A DNA stretch of 64,000 nt, from NCBI GenBank assembly GCA_965153455.1, contig OZ234493.1:10034213-10098212 (forward strand). The letters run 5' to 3'. Below the pieces are notes generated by a model. That model saw only the letters and a program-made list of their open reading frames with translations. It searched no databases and was not told where the DNA came from. Source of the DNA: Sphagnum compactum. Lineage: Eukaryota. This document shows positions 35,001 to 48,603 of the stretch, piece after piece (positions within the stretch are counted from its first letter, which is position 1; each line of letters starts with the position of its first letter). The position numbers and the translations under genes are program-made.

Positions 35001-38000
35001 TGAGGTCAGGTCCAGGGAGAAAACAAACAAGAACAAAGTTTTTAAAAAAAATACATTGGTTAGCAGCAAAAAGAAATGGACTATGATGAACCCCATCTGA
35101 TGCCGAATGAAAAAATGCAGCCCATCTAGTGGACAGAATGGCTAACTAGTGCATTGGTGGCTGCTGGTTCACTCTGGCCTTTTAGTCATTGCTTATGTAT
35201 TGTGAGGTGGAAGTAGAAGGCTTTACAGGATAGGTTACCAAGGTGAATAGTTGGTAATTCAGTTGCCGTTCATCCACAATTCAGTTGTGAAGAAACTGTA
35301 GAATGTTTTCTAATGTATGTACAGAGCACCTTATCTTTAGTAATTTTTTTGTCTCAATAGAGGATGGCACCTTACATGTAAGGCTCATCACTTTGAGAAC
35401 TTTACACATAAGGTGCCTTCTCTCCTCTCAAATGAGTCACATCCATTTGTTTATAAAAGTGAAATGCTATTGATTTTTTTTTGCTTGGTAAGCAAGTTGA
35501 AGGGAATTCTTCTGTGAATCCAGATGCCACACTAGGCTCCCACCTCACACGAGCCCTCATTCGCAGAGCAGCCCCCTTCTTTGTCCTTACCCTAAACAGA
35601 ACCAGTTTCCAACTGATGTTGCATGGGAGAGTGCTGGGTCACAGAATGCCCAAGTTATCTCCCCAGTTGTATAAGATGCATCTTCGAATTGACAGAAACA
35701 AGGGGTGTGTCACACTGTGGCCTTGCCATTTACATTTGTAAAAATGTATCTTAACGCAAAAAAAGAATTATTGAAACTCAAATATTTCACCATGCAAAAA
35801 TATAATCTTCAAAAAATCCTCTAAAAGAAACCAAAATCCTTCAAGATATTATAATAACTCTATAACTAATCTCAGGTTTCAAACAGAAGCCAAAATATCA
35901 TCTTTCAAAAATCCTCATATAAAAATAGACCTATTACCTAGGGATCAAATTCCCTTAAGCTACTATACTCTATAATGAGTTGAAACACGATATCCTTGCC
36001 TTGGTAAGAAAGGCCCCAAAAAAAAAGATGAAATAATATGTCCCATTGTCCTTCTCACCTATTTAAAGAGTCTTCCCTACCATCAAAAGTTCACGTTAAT
36101 ATTTTTGATACTGCAGTTGAGAGGTGTCCTTGAGCCTGGGACACATGAGAACAAAGCACTAAATATGCTGAGATGTACATATATCATCATGTCATGGAGA
36201 AAGTTGAAAGACTGTGGTGTACAGTCTCTGTATAAACATCATCATTTGCACCAAGACCCCATTTGTCAAATGCTTTCTAAAAACTTCTCCCCATCATCAC
36301 CTAGCTGGTCCCTCATAGGCTAGAGACTCTTGGTAGTTGGTTGGACAAGGCATATATCTCATAGGCTAGAAACTCTTGTTCTTTATTTCGACAAGGCATA
36401 TCTCTATTTTCCAAGTCCAATACATGAAGGTTCTTCAATCCCCTGAGGCCCCCTAACACTGCCTTTCTTGCTTGTCGTCTTGCGTTCTTCGCAGTTGGTC
36501 AAGCTTCTTTCGTGTTGACTCTTTTAGATCCTAGCTACTTGTGCACCTATGGCACACTTGGGTCTTCTATCCCTTGAGTCTCAAAGTCCTGATCACTTAG
36601 GACAGACTTAGACTTGCTACTTAGACTCGCTAGACTCTACTATTGAAGCTAAGTTTTAGTCTAACTCAAAGCCACCTCGGGCGCAACTCCCAAGGTTAGA
36701 CCACATGGCCATAAGCCAAATCAGCCCCAGGCTGATTCAGGGGCCTTTCGGGACCAACTCCCAGAGTTGGTTTAAAAGACTTAAGTTGGGACAACGAGGC
36801 CAACCCTCTCTCAGGATTTGGGCCTTGAAGCTTTGAAGGGACAGCTCCTAATCATCCCAAATATTTTAGTAGGCTCGCCCCCTTTGGGACAACCAAGGAC
36901 AATGCTTAATCATCCATTGAAGGTTTTAAGGGGATGGTGCCTTGCACCATAATCCCAAAGACAACCCTCAGTCATCTCCTTTGGCCGGCAAAGCTCATGT
37001 TTCGCCTTAGCCCATCCGAACCCCAAGGTCTAAACATCTCCCACTCCTAAAAAAGTTGAACCTCGCGAAGCCATTTCTAGCCTAACTCTCACACCGCCTT
37101 AGTGCCCCACTAAGGTGGTCTCGTATGAAGCTCGCATACACTTAAGACATCTTTTAAGCAAAAGGGCATGTCAACCCCACCCCCCCTCCCAACCTTTTTG
37201 ACCAATCTACAAGGTTTTGATTCCTTCATACCCTCCTCCAACACAACTATCACATTTCCCATTCATGCAGCTTTTGCCTTCATAAGTTTTGTCCAATAAG
37301 GTTTTCATAAAGGGAAAAAAAGGTGTTCAAAAGTTCATGTCTTACGTACCCCATTGTACTTGGGATATTGCTCTTTGTTCTTCAACAAAACTTTGACTAG
37401 AGGGGGGGGGGGAGAGGGAGAATCTTGATGCAAAATGATGGGAAGAAGTTGGGAGTGGGGACTTGGATTGGGGATGAATCCATTGTGATGGCTGAGAGAG
37501 TTAAGTATGTAAATGTGCTATCAAAGTTAGGTTTGATCAGCTCAAGTTTACAAAGCAAACTTTGCTTTGATTTTTTGCAACTTACACTGCACACTTAGAG
37601 CATCCCCACTAGTAGCTATATAATGACTAGTACACAATACTTTGGATGAAATATCGTCTTCAAATATGATGAAACTAAGTCTGAACCAATGTTCAACTGG
37701 TATTGACTGGTCCTGGTATCATGTGGGTTTTTTTTTTCTTCATCAATACCTGGGAACTGGTAGTGAGTAGTTTTCTTAAACTTTCATATCAGTCTCATTT
37801 TGGTAGTGTATTGTGACTCGTATTAATTAGTTGTGAGGACCCCCAAAGTTCAATTTTTTTCCTTTTGTGATGGGCCTATCACAAAAATATATTAATCAAG
37901 CTTTGTACAGTCCCAAAATAGATACCTCTATTGCGATCTCCTCCTTTGGGCAGCTCATATAGGTTACAAGAGTAGAACTCAGGGCAAAGGATATGGGATA

Positions 38001-41000
38001 AAATGAGGAGCTATTGGGAACTTGGTGTGAAAACAGTGGGAACTTCATGGTAACACATTGGGAAACAATCAAAAATCCAACACCCAAAAAAACCTAAGCC
38101 CCATGGGTGCATGCTGCCTCAGCTCATTGGCTGCAAGATTTTTTTTGTTTCCCTGGCCTGTGTCTTTTGCCATTTTTCACCTAGGCTAAATGGCAGGGGC
38201 TTGAACTATGGGTGTACATTGGGTTCAAGGCTGATATTTGCCTGGTATGGGGGCAGCCTGGAATTGGTACAAGGCAGGTATATGCTTGATTTTACCACAA
38301 GTCCCATAACAGGCTGGTACTTGTATAAGACTGGTATTGCCTTGGGTCATACCCAACTGGGCTGGTATGTTCTTCAATACCAATACATAGCAATATTGTA
38401 AACTCTGATTATAGTCTATATACCAGTCCAACACTGGTTTGGCGTCTGGACTTGTAAATCTGCACACAATATTGTGATGTCCAAAAGGGTCCATAATAAA
38501 TGAAAAATTAATTATTTTTTATTGGTCAGCCCATAGTGGTGGCATTTAAACCATCTAATTTTTCGTGTTTAGAAGTGGGGATGAGGAAATAATTATTAGC
38601 ACTCAATGTTGAAGTAGACATTAATAGAGACCCAAATAATAGGTGTGGATAGAGATGCTCTTATTAGTAGCATACTTACTGTGTGGGTTCAGAGAAGGCA
38701 CTCTTTGTCATGAATGTTGAAGTGCTCAAAATCTGGCATTGAGTCCAGTTGTGTTCTAGTTAAATGGAAGGAAAGTGCAAACCTGACATGCAAGAAACCC
38801 ACACTACATGTTGTTAAGTGACTTAATACTCTGACTTCCTTGCAGGCAAAGGACTAAACACATACTACCTAGTCAGCCCTATTACATGCATGTAGCCCTC
38901 TTTTTTAGGTAGGGTCAAAATGACTTCTCTTGAAATTTATTAGAAAATGGAGATCCAAGGCAAGCCAGCAATTGTTGTATAGGGTTTTAAAAGCCCTAGG
39001 GTGGGAGGCAATCCCAATATAAGGTTACCTAAGACAACATGGGAGCCAAGTCTGGCCCTGCATTTTGGGAATCTCTGCCACCCATGGGCTTTACCCATTA
39101 TAAAGCACAAGATGAAGGTTATGTACATGAACCTAAACATATATGTAGATCATGAGGTTTAGGAGGGGAGGGTTTTTGCACATACTTCTTGATCCATACA
39201 AAATACAACCCATCATTGTGTAAAATTGTCGATCTTAAAAAGCTCATCTCCAAATATTACCATACTATTTTGTTGAACTATTTTTTTTGCTAATGTTCTT
39301 GCAATTTGGAAAAGCAAGCATTTGTTACAAATGGTTTTGCAAAAACAGGCTACAATTTTTATGTTGTAGATTCATGTGAAAATGTTCCTAAGTAAGTAAC
39401 ATAATAGAGTTATCCATAGACTACTTTCAGCTACAAGGTTCCAGGTATGTCCTTGGTTGAAATACATCATGAGAGATAGGATGCACAACACAATAAAATA
39501 ACAATGGATCAAACTCCAGGAACTGATGAAATTTGAGTTTGATCCTTTATCTTTTTAGAGTCCCTCGTTGTGATTTTGTGTTTTTGTGCCTTGTTGCGTG
39601 CATGTAAAAATCTTTCATTTAAATTTTTTTTATGTGTGAGATTTGAAGGAAATGATGAAAAGTGACATGGGTTTTGTGAGAGAAAAGCAATTTGGAGAAA
39701 TTCAAGAGAGTAAAAGAATCCATGTTATTGCATCTAGAAATTGGAGACAAATTTTCATGAAACAAAAAGAGAAACCATATTTTGTAACACTAAGATATTG
39801 ATATGTTTTGGATATTATCGAGTGTCCTGACTTGTTCTATGCACATAATTTATGTGATGACAAACAAGATTCTTATTGTAGACTAACACTTCACATAATG
39901 GAAAATGCACATGATGATTTTTTTGGATTTCATATATATATTATGCTTATTAGGTGTAATACAAAAAGTAGTTCATATTTCCACTTTTTTTTCAAAGTTT
40001 TGAATTTCCATAAAGGGCATATTCAATTATTGGAATGGTAGCAATAATTTATTTTTTTCTCATGACATGAGTTGGTCATTTCCATTGCTAGTAATAGAAT
40101 TACAAAAATGGATTTCTTGGTGATAATTGTTCTTCACACATTGCATGTGAAGATATTTTAGTATGTTTTCCTTTTGTTGACATGATCGATCCCTTGGGAC
40201 AAGTTGGCCCATCTTAGTGAAAAAGAGCTTGATAGAAATCCACCATGGAAATAAACACACAATTCTTTATTTGTTAGGTTGGAAGAATTGCAAAACATGT
40301 CACCTTTTCATTTATTTGTTAAACTCTTTGCACAATTAGTTTTAAAATGGTTAAGTAACCTAAAGATATTGTATTAGATGGCAATTCTAATAATAGGCCT
40401 TCCACACCTAATGGTAAACAAGTGATAAGTGGGTTTTAAAACTTTGTGAACTTATAGGGCATGTACACCTATTGTTAGAAATAATATAAAGTTTAACATG
40501 CCATCTAACATGTCATCACAATGTTAACTTAAAAAATAAGATGAGAAAAATGTTAACGAAAAACCCTCAACCCACCAAAATACATTGTAAACTCAATGTT
40601 GACCTATGAGCCCCAAATTTGAGGAAGTAAATTAATGGCAACTTAAAAAATTTGTAAATTGGTAATGTGTGGCAATTTGGACCTTACAATGTACACCACC
40701 AAACATTGTTGTGCCTTTGTTGTCACTCTTTCCATTGTATGGCCACACACATTTATTCACGCATATTTCTTTGCTCATTGCATTGCATGACATACATATC
40801 ATTGCACGACATCACACATGCACACTATGATGGCTAACAACACAATTGAAAATGCAATGGCTAAAAGTGATGAGAGTTACATTGGAAAGTTCATTCATCT
40901 TGTAGAAAATATAATTTCAAGTTTTTGAAACCATTCATGATTTTTTTGGTTGTGAATTGCAAATTGATATAATAATTGAATAATGTTTTTTGAATTTTTG

Positions 41001-41068
41001 AGCATGGAGTGTGGGTACTGGTTGAAGTACTTGATGTAAGGGTCAAAGTGTCATGGGCACGAAAATTA

Positions 41069-42380
41069 CACTAGAAGAAATGTTGTCCATTCCAACCCTA
41101 TGGTTGCAACTACCCGTACGACTAGTGTCCAAATCAACTAGTTTTGCGACTAATGGTAGCTCAATCCTATGTGTCAGTGTAGTTGCCTACCTACCTACAT
41201 ATTTGCTTACCTACTTACCTACCTACCTACCTACCTACCTACCTACCTATTTGCCTACCTACTTACCTACCTTCTCCATTGACTATATCTATTAAAATAA
41301 TGTTAAGGTATTCTAATTAGGCTAGACTTACTTATGTATTAGTGTTGGTTGGTTCTTTGATCTTTATAAAAAAATGTATTCGAATTTAAATTAAATTGTC
41401 TTAAATTAGTTGCATATTTACTTATTTTAGGGTAATTAAATATTTTATTTTGATATTTTCCTAAACTAAATAGTTACTTAAAGTTTAAATTCTATCTATG
41501 CTACTTAGCAACTTACTTAGATTAATTCCCTTGGAAGACTTAGAGTTTGGTACAATGTTTTCTCCCATTGAAATTTATCCCATATTCTTCGTCCACAAGT
41601 CCAATGTGAGGAAGTATTTAAGATGTGCAAGCATAAGCATCAACTGTACTCCTCATGAATAAGAGTAGCCAATTAAAAAGGCTAGTCCCCATTACCATAA
41701 ATAACATGTCTTAATTACAACCCTTGACCCTATCAAGCCTAAATAAGTAATGGTAGGTTTAGTAAGTACCTTCCTACCTATTTACCTATTTCATAGGTAG
41801 GTAGGTAGGTAGGTAGTAGGTAAGTAGATACCTACTTACTTACCTACTTGTGAGGTAGGTACTAACCCACCTACCTACCTATTATTCATTTGCCATGTGT
41901 CAAACCTTGTAATCAATATATGTTAATTTTCGAGTAAATTTCATAAATCAAATAGTTCCATGTGTCAAAATATTATTGCATGAAAGTGTATAATAAAATT
42001 GAATTAATTCAAAAATTTATAAATTATCATGTGGCTACATCATAATTGTCCAAGTTGCAATAGGTGGCACCATATGAGTCAATCACAAATGAAGTCGCAT
42101 AATCTTGCAACTACTAATGCCACATCAACCTAGTTAGAATAATAGTCGCATAGTCTTATGATTATATGTGCCATGTCAATGGATGAAAAATCCATTATAA
42201 TCGCAAGTAATATGTGACTATAGCTGCAACTAGTGTCCACTTGGACATTTTTTGCAACTACATGTATTTTGCCACTTGTCTAAGGCAACTGCACGATGGG
42301 CAATCGCATGTGTTCGTTGTGATTAAATATTTGTCTTCACGATTAAAATTATATCATTTATTTCCAAATTTCTTCTAGTG
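41069..42380. mobile_element. Non-autonomous CACTA (En/Spm) element
   Basis: Perfect 13-bp TIRs CACTAGAAGAAAT / ATTTCTTCTAGTG, 3-bp TSD TTA/CTA (one transition), subterminal GCAACTA/TAGTCGCA repeats, internal (CCTA)n at 41186-41271 and a TAGG/CCTA block at 41750-41880. Confidence 0.85.
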
Positions 42381-43684
42381 CTACAAAAATAGATAATAAA
42401 AGGATAGTTCTAAGTTTAAATCCAAAACATAAATTAAAGGAATCAAAATAAGAACACAAAATGTGCAAGTCCAAAGTACAAACATATCTTTAATGCAATG
42501 GAATAAAAAATATGAACGTGAAAAGAACAAAACAAGGTTATAGAACAAGATTGTACCTCAAATTAGTGTTAAACAAACTAAAGGTAATGCGGGGTGGGCT
42601 TATTCATAGTTGGGGTTCCAAAAAAAGGAAAAAGGACTCCATGACTTTTGTGGGGTTATTTTTTGCAAATAGTATTTACTTAAAACAAATTTAAATGAAA
42701 AAAATTGAATAGTCCAATTTAAGATAATTCATGTAACAATGGTGAGTTTTCACATTCATACGTAATTGTGTATGAATGTTTTAGTTTATAGCCAGAAATA
42801 GATAAAATCCTAAAATGAGTTCCAATGGACAAGCAAACATATTTTTTAACAAAATTATTTCTTGTACATGTGACTTGCACCTAAAGCTAGACATTTTGAA
42901 TGCATTGAACATAATTTTTTGGTCAAATGGTTTAAAAAATGAATTATTTGCCTTGTATGCAATGAACATGTACTTCCATAAAAGGGGGCATGTTTTTGTT
43001 GTACAATTTTTCTGAAATTTATTGTATGACTTTATGCATTCCTTTTCATTCTTTAAAAAAAAAGGTGTAGTGACACTTGATAGTTAATTTATAAGATTCA
43101 AAATAACATTTACATAGTATCCAAATTATTTTTAAATATTTTTACTAATTTAACAAGACATCGATTTACCTATTGGCATATAACAATCCACTACAACTAT
43201 AATAATGTAAGATGAACAAAAATCCAAAGTTGTCCTTTCTAGTCCTTAAAAACTTAGACTCTTTTTTTTGTTACCCTAATCATGGAAGTACGTGGGTCCT
43301 ACTTCTATTTATACCCCTTTGGGAACCTAGTTCAAAGAAGCTCCATGAAGGTTTTCATGTGCCCATTGGCTATGGAAGTTTTTTAAGAAACTTCCTAACT
43401 ACAAATGAACTATGAATTAATTAAACTTAACTAGGAATTAACTAAAAGTCGATTAAAAATGAATTATGAATTAAGTAGAAGTGAATTAAAACTTAACTAA
43501 AAGTGAATTGGGAGTTAACTAGGAGTAAACTAAAAGTTAACTATGAATTATGAATGAACTCCATTTGTCATGTGAAAGTGGTGTTCGTGACTCAATGTAA
43601 TAAACTCAATTTTTTAAAAAAAATTATTGTTTTTACTATTGTTCCAACACCAACTTCATCCAATTTTTGTGAAATCACCATGTG

Positions 43685-44821
43685 TAGACTTTGCTTTAAT
43701 TGGGGTTACTAAAAACCATGTGTTAATCAATGCAAAAAAAAGGAAATTTTTACAAGTCTAGTTGTAGTCGATCTTGGAAATTAATTTGAATTTGAATTTG
43801 CAGTTTGCAAGTGGTGTAAGATAGCAAATGTAGTAAACATAAACAACCACACAATTCAACCCAAAACATTATGATATTCAAAGAAAAATGAGTGCAATTT
43901 ATAGGAACATCAAAAAAATCTTTGATTATATGTGAAGCACAACGAATAACACAAATGACTAAAACCTTATTCCATAGGACAAGAGAACTTTCAACCTTCC
44001 AAGGAGCTATCATAAACAAATCTACAAGATGATTGAAATGTTTATGGGAGTTCGACCAATGTTTCATATTACATTATTTGTAATATGATGTCTCCTAATG
44101 ACACAATATATGCCATAGTGGTGTAACCAATTTTTAAATTCACTCCCAATCAAGGTAATTTATATTCAATACCTTCACCATTCATTGTAGCTAGGACAAA
44201 TGCATAATCTGAAATGTGTACCCCATTAATTATAGTTTCAATATTAGTTTCTACAAGTGTTTAGGCAATGCAAACTCCTTCATTTGGTATCAAAGATCAA
44301 TTGTTATGCCTATAAACTCCTTCACTTGGTAAACAAACCATCCAATTCACTTTGGGGGTTCTAAAATTCGTTAAAAGATGATAGAACATCACCAAATAAG
44401 GACTTTAATCTTTAGTGAAATCATCAAACCTCCTATTGTCAATCTACAAAACTTAGAAAACATAGGAATAACGAAAAAGTCTTATGCAGTGAACAATGGA
44501 TTAGTGGAAGTCACAAAGTGTAGTAACAAATAATTAGTCACATCAATTGAGAAGATATATTCCACAAATCTTGAGATTGAAAATCATCAAGCAAATGTTT
44601 TGGAAAAATTACAAAAGGAACAATTTGAATATTTCAAAGAGAGGGATGTTAAGATTAACTTTATAAATAAAAGCATGGTTCAAGCAATTGTGGGGTTGAC
44701 TCACATGATGGGCATGGCATATGCTACCAAGGAGAAGAAAAATTCAAGCCTTAGTCCAACTACCTCAAATCCAACTACTTCTAATGATATGGATAATGTA
44801 GACCAAGGGGTTGCAATCTAA
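43685..44821 (+). pseudogene. PIF/Harbinger accessory gene, Myb/SANT (trihelix)-like DNA-binding protein, decayed
   Basis: Fragments VLINAKK, KWCKIANVVN, AIYRNIKKIFDYM and FNLPRSYHKQIYKMIEMFMGVRPMF, plus a coiled-coil-like C-terminus EKLQKEQFEYFKERDVKINFINKSMVQAIVGL. Convergent with the transposase. Confidence 0.7.
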
Positions 44822-44979
44822 GGGGTTGATTATAATCATTGAAACCAAGAATACAAATGTCTAAAAGCAAGACAAGAAATGCATTTTACTTTTAAAAATG
44901 AATAATTGAAATCAAAATAGCATAAATATAATTTCATTTTGCTACTAGTTCATAACTATGAAGATACAAATTTAGAGTT

Positions 44980-46110
44980 GGAGATTGCATTACCTATGTA
45001 GACAAATGATCTCATACCAAGTTTCTTTGTTTACTAAAATAAAGTTTGAATTGTGCATATGTTTTTCTCTATGCACCTCTTGTACTTCAATCAACTTTGC
45101 ATTTTCATTGAATTCTACATTTCATTTTTAAACAACATGTTCTTCTTGTGTATTTTTCTTTTCTTGCAACAAATGCAAAATGTGTTCCACATTGATTTCA
45201 TCACAACCGAATAGCATATTGTGTAAAATAACAAAACAAATGATCAAATTTGGTATTATAGAAATGAAAATATATATCCCACCATGAAAATCATGAAATG
45301 GTATCTTTTAATATCCCAAATCATTTTCCACCACTGACCTCCTTTTTCTATGCATCTTGTTATATAAAATTTTTAAACTTGTGTGATTTCCATCTCTATG
45401 TTGTGTCGACATTAGCCAAGACAACAAAGGATATCCATTATCAACTAGTAAATAAGGTGTGAATCCTTCTTGAAGGCCTACGACCTTACTAAAAAGGCCG
45501 TGGCATCATGTTTGATTATAAAGTGCCAATTTCCCGAAAACCCTAAAGTCATTCACACAACTTGGGAGACCAATAAAAATGTCCATGAATTTGCTTTATA
45601 TGGTCCACCACTGCTTGACAAATCACATAATAATCCTTAGACTTGTGATAAAACTAATCATGGCTAAATTGTCCAACATGTTTTGAAATTGAAAAATGAA
45701 CATCATCAATTACCCCATGTATGCTAGGGAGATCGCAAAAGGCTTTGAAAGTTTCCATGATTGCTTCCATCCAATCACTAGTTGTCCATGAAATCATAAG
45801 CTACACAAATTACAATGACAACTTCAAGGATTACCAAGGAGGCAATCAATCAACCCATAGCAAAAAGTTCATTACAAATTAAACAGTTGCATCCTTGGGC
45901 CAATTTATACAAAGTGCAAGTTATAAAAACTTTGATTGGAATTGTAAGTATGTATATAATATCTTGTTTATGAACTTAAAACCTTACCTAATTAAGAATT
46001 TCAAATAGAGTATGCTCCTACATATTGAAGTTTTAGAACCAATGCTCATCATAATACTTTGTGGTAAAAAAAATTGAAAACCATGTATCTTTATCCAAAA
46101 ACCAAATTCG
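44980..46110 (-). pseudogene. PIF/Harbinger DDE transposase (DDE_Tnp_4-like), decayed
   Basis: Minus-strand fragments IPIKVFITCTLYKLAQG..NELFAMG, LPSIHGVIDDVH (GAIDGTH-like), FYHKSKDYYVICQAVVD, FMDIFIGLPSCVND and LYNKMHRKRRSVVEN-FGILK. TIRs not resolved. Confidence 0.85.
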
Positions 46111-48185
46111 TTTGCAAGAACAAATTCTAGGTTGTAATCAATTTTTCACGAATGAAAAACACACAAAGGTTACATGCTGATCACATCCAAAGAATTGCAA
46201 TCCGAATTTGCTTTAAAAGAAAATTAAGATAGGAGAAAATCTCATGTAACATTGTGATGAAAAACACAAGAAAACTTGTAGTATCATCAACTTTTGCAAT
46301 GTTTGTCATCTACACACAAAAAGGTATCTATAATAAGGTAAAACCAAAAAAATGCAACAATTGAGCTCAAAGGATAAAATTCAATGTTCACATGAAAAAC
46401 TACAAGAGATGCACAATACTAACTAAGTGTGACAATTTTGTTTAAGCTTTTATTGGAGGACATTAGCAACATGTTTTGATGTAATGGCAACAATAAGGTT
46501 CCAATGACAAAACCTAATCTACACACAAAGCACAAAAAAAGATAGTTACGCAATGAAAAAATGTGTCATAATTTCATTCAAGTTTATATGGAGGAGATTG
46601 ACAACACAACAACAAAATAGAATGAAGGAAAAACTTGTGAACAACTGCTACAACAAAACAATCTTGAAGAAAAGAAATGATCAAGAGAGAACATGAGGAT
46701 TCTTGAAAATGGCAAGTCTAAATGATCAAAAGGATAAGTCAATCAATGACATGAAATGGCAAGCATCAATATAATGATGGTGGACAAACAACACAATCAC
46801 CAAGTTAACATCAATTTTAGGTGAGAATGAAAGGGGAGAAAATTTGTGATAAGATGCTATTCAAGAACCTAAAAATTAACCTGTCACTAGGTGTAGACAA
46901 ATGTTAGGTAGGTACCTAATGGTAATGAGAAGTTAGTAAATTGATGTTGGTGATTAGTTAGTAGTTCAGTGTTAGTGATGTTAAAGGCTAACATATTTGT
47001 TAACCTAAACACTATGTGTGGAAGGCCTATAAGATTGTTCAATCCAAAATTATCACATGTTACAATAATACTACTTTTGCAATTCTGACTTATCATATGT
47101 TATCATGTATGATTAAACTAGTGTTGGCTGGTTCCAGGTTCTCTATGGATTCTCAAACCCTGAATTGGTTTAATTAGATCACGATGATCAGCGTCTTATT
47201 TGAACCAAACTGTGAACCAGTCTGTGCTATTAGGATCCTCTTTGAAGCGGACTTAGTACAGGACCACCACCCAATTTGCCTTTGGTGAGAAGTTAGAACT
47301 AGAAATTGATCTAGATTATTGTTGCAATTTCTCTTCATGTGGGTCTGGTTCTCTAGGCTGTGAACAAATAATTCATTTGAAAATGTGATAAATATTATTT
47401 GTTAATGTATTTCTCAATCACCTGGATAATTTTAATACTAGTAAGGTTCAACAATACAAGTCAAAGAGTTCATTGCAGGAGAAAAGGGAAAACAGCTACA
47501 GGTTTTGTTATGTGAAGAAACTCACTTTAGCACTACACCAAAGGTTCCATCAAAATTTTAAAAATAACTGAAACCAAAATGAGAGGTGACTTTCAAGATT
47601 AAAAACAAACCAGGACTAGAACCCAGGGATCTGGACAGCACTAGTTGGTACCAAGCTGAAACCTTCATATGTAGACTGGTACTGGTCCTGATATAAAAGT
47701 ACCTACTAGACTGGTATGACCTGAAGCAATACCAATACATGCCTGGTAGGGACCTGAGGCAATACCAATACCTGCCTGTTCGGGACATAAGGTAATATGA
47801 GCCTCATATTGATACCTACCTGGTAGGGACCTGAGGTAATACCAACTTCATGTCGGGGACATACCGATCTCAATTTCAAGTATATACATACCTCATACCA
47901 GCCAAAAATCAGCCTTGGACACTGATAATGTACTAGGACAAGATTGCTTCGAAGGGTTTTACTAAAATCCAATACCCGTGTCAAGTCAAGGTGGTATGAA
48001 AAAAATTGAAATACCAGGACCAGCTGATATATTCAATAGTTGATACCCGGACCACACTCATTAGAACCCTAATTAGTCTTGGAGCATACACACCATCTAC
48101 AACAGAATCATGTGGGGCCAATCATGTGTAAACGGACAACCAGCTAAAGCTATGGCCAATATCTTGAAGGTAAAAACCATCCATC

Positions 48186-48254
48186 CATCCACAACTCAGT
48201 CATAATGGGTTTCCCATGGATGGTGCACTGGCGGCTGCTGGGTCGCATGGTCTC
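48186..48254 (-). mobile_element. Terminal fragment of a Mutator-like MITE
   Basis: Reverse complement of the first ~70 bp of the copies at 48271 and 57653. Confidence 0.65.
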
Positions 48255-48270
48255 AATTTGACATTAGTAT

Positions 48271-48603
48271 GGGCCACAGTGAACCAGCACCCACCAGAGC
48301 ACCATCCACTGGATGCCCATTATTACTCACTTGTGGATGAACCTCAACTGAGTTAATATTTGGTTTCACCTTGGTAACCAATTCTGTAGGAAATAGGTCT
48401 CATACATCGGTAGATAGGTAAGAAAATAGGTATTTACTAGGTAAGTAGATGGTTTATACATAGGTAAGGGCTGTTTTTACTACCTACCTAATAACAACCT
48501 GCTTGTGGGTTGTTGGTAGTAGGTAGAGAAAAATAAAAGGCAACTGAGATAACCACCATGGTTAGCTAACTGGAACCCAACAGAAAACTAACCATGGTGG
48601 TTA
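48271..48603 (+). mobile_element. Mutator-like MITE, right end missing
   Basis: Starts GGGCCACAGTGAACCAGCACCCACCAG and is colinear and closely similar to 57653-57965. No right TIR. Confidence 0.8.

Larger units (their letters stand above)
27971..35179. mobile_element. 7.2-kb Mutator-like element (MULE) without a recognisable transposase
   Basis: Perfect 19-bp inverted core AGTGAACCAGCAGCCACCA (27978-27996) / TGGTGGCTGCTGGTTCACT (35155-35173), and the right end reads ..CTGGCC. 9-bp TSD TGTTAGTCA (27962-27970) / TTTTAGTCA (35180-35188). Same TIR family as the MITEs at 20117 and 57653. Confidence 0.8.
27744..35290 (-). mobile_element. Older MITE-related repeat split in two (27744-27961 and 35189-35290) by the 7.2-kb element
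   Basis: Left part (CAGGAAACA..TAACCACTGTGGTTAG) and right part (GGTTACCAAGGTGAA..TTCATCCACAA) match, in reverse complement and in colinear order, the interior of the MITEs at 48271 and 57653. Confidence 0.6.

Noticed and set aside
38846-38895. GKGLNTYYL resembling the nucleotide-cyclase KGKG..TY motif
   Set aside because: The spacing is off by one and no other cyclase motifs or exons were found.
40105-40170. LGDNCSSH resembling a DDE_1 transposase motif
   Set aside because: The expected downstream LPPN..QP.D block is absent.
41053-41295. ORF with LPTY repeats
   Set aside because: Translation of the (CCTA)n microsatellite inside the CACTA element.
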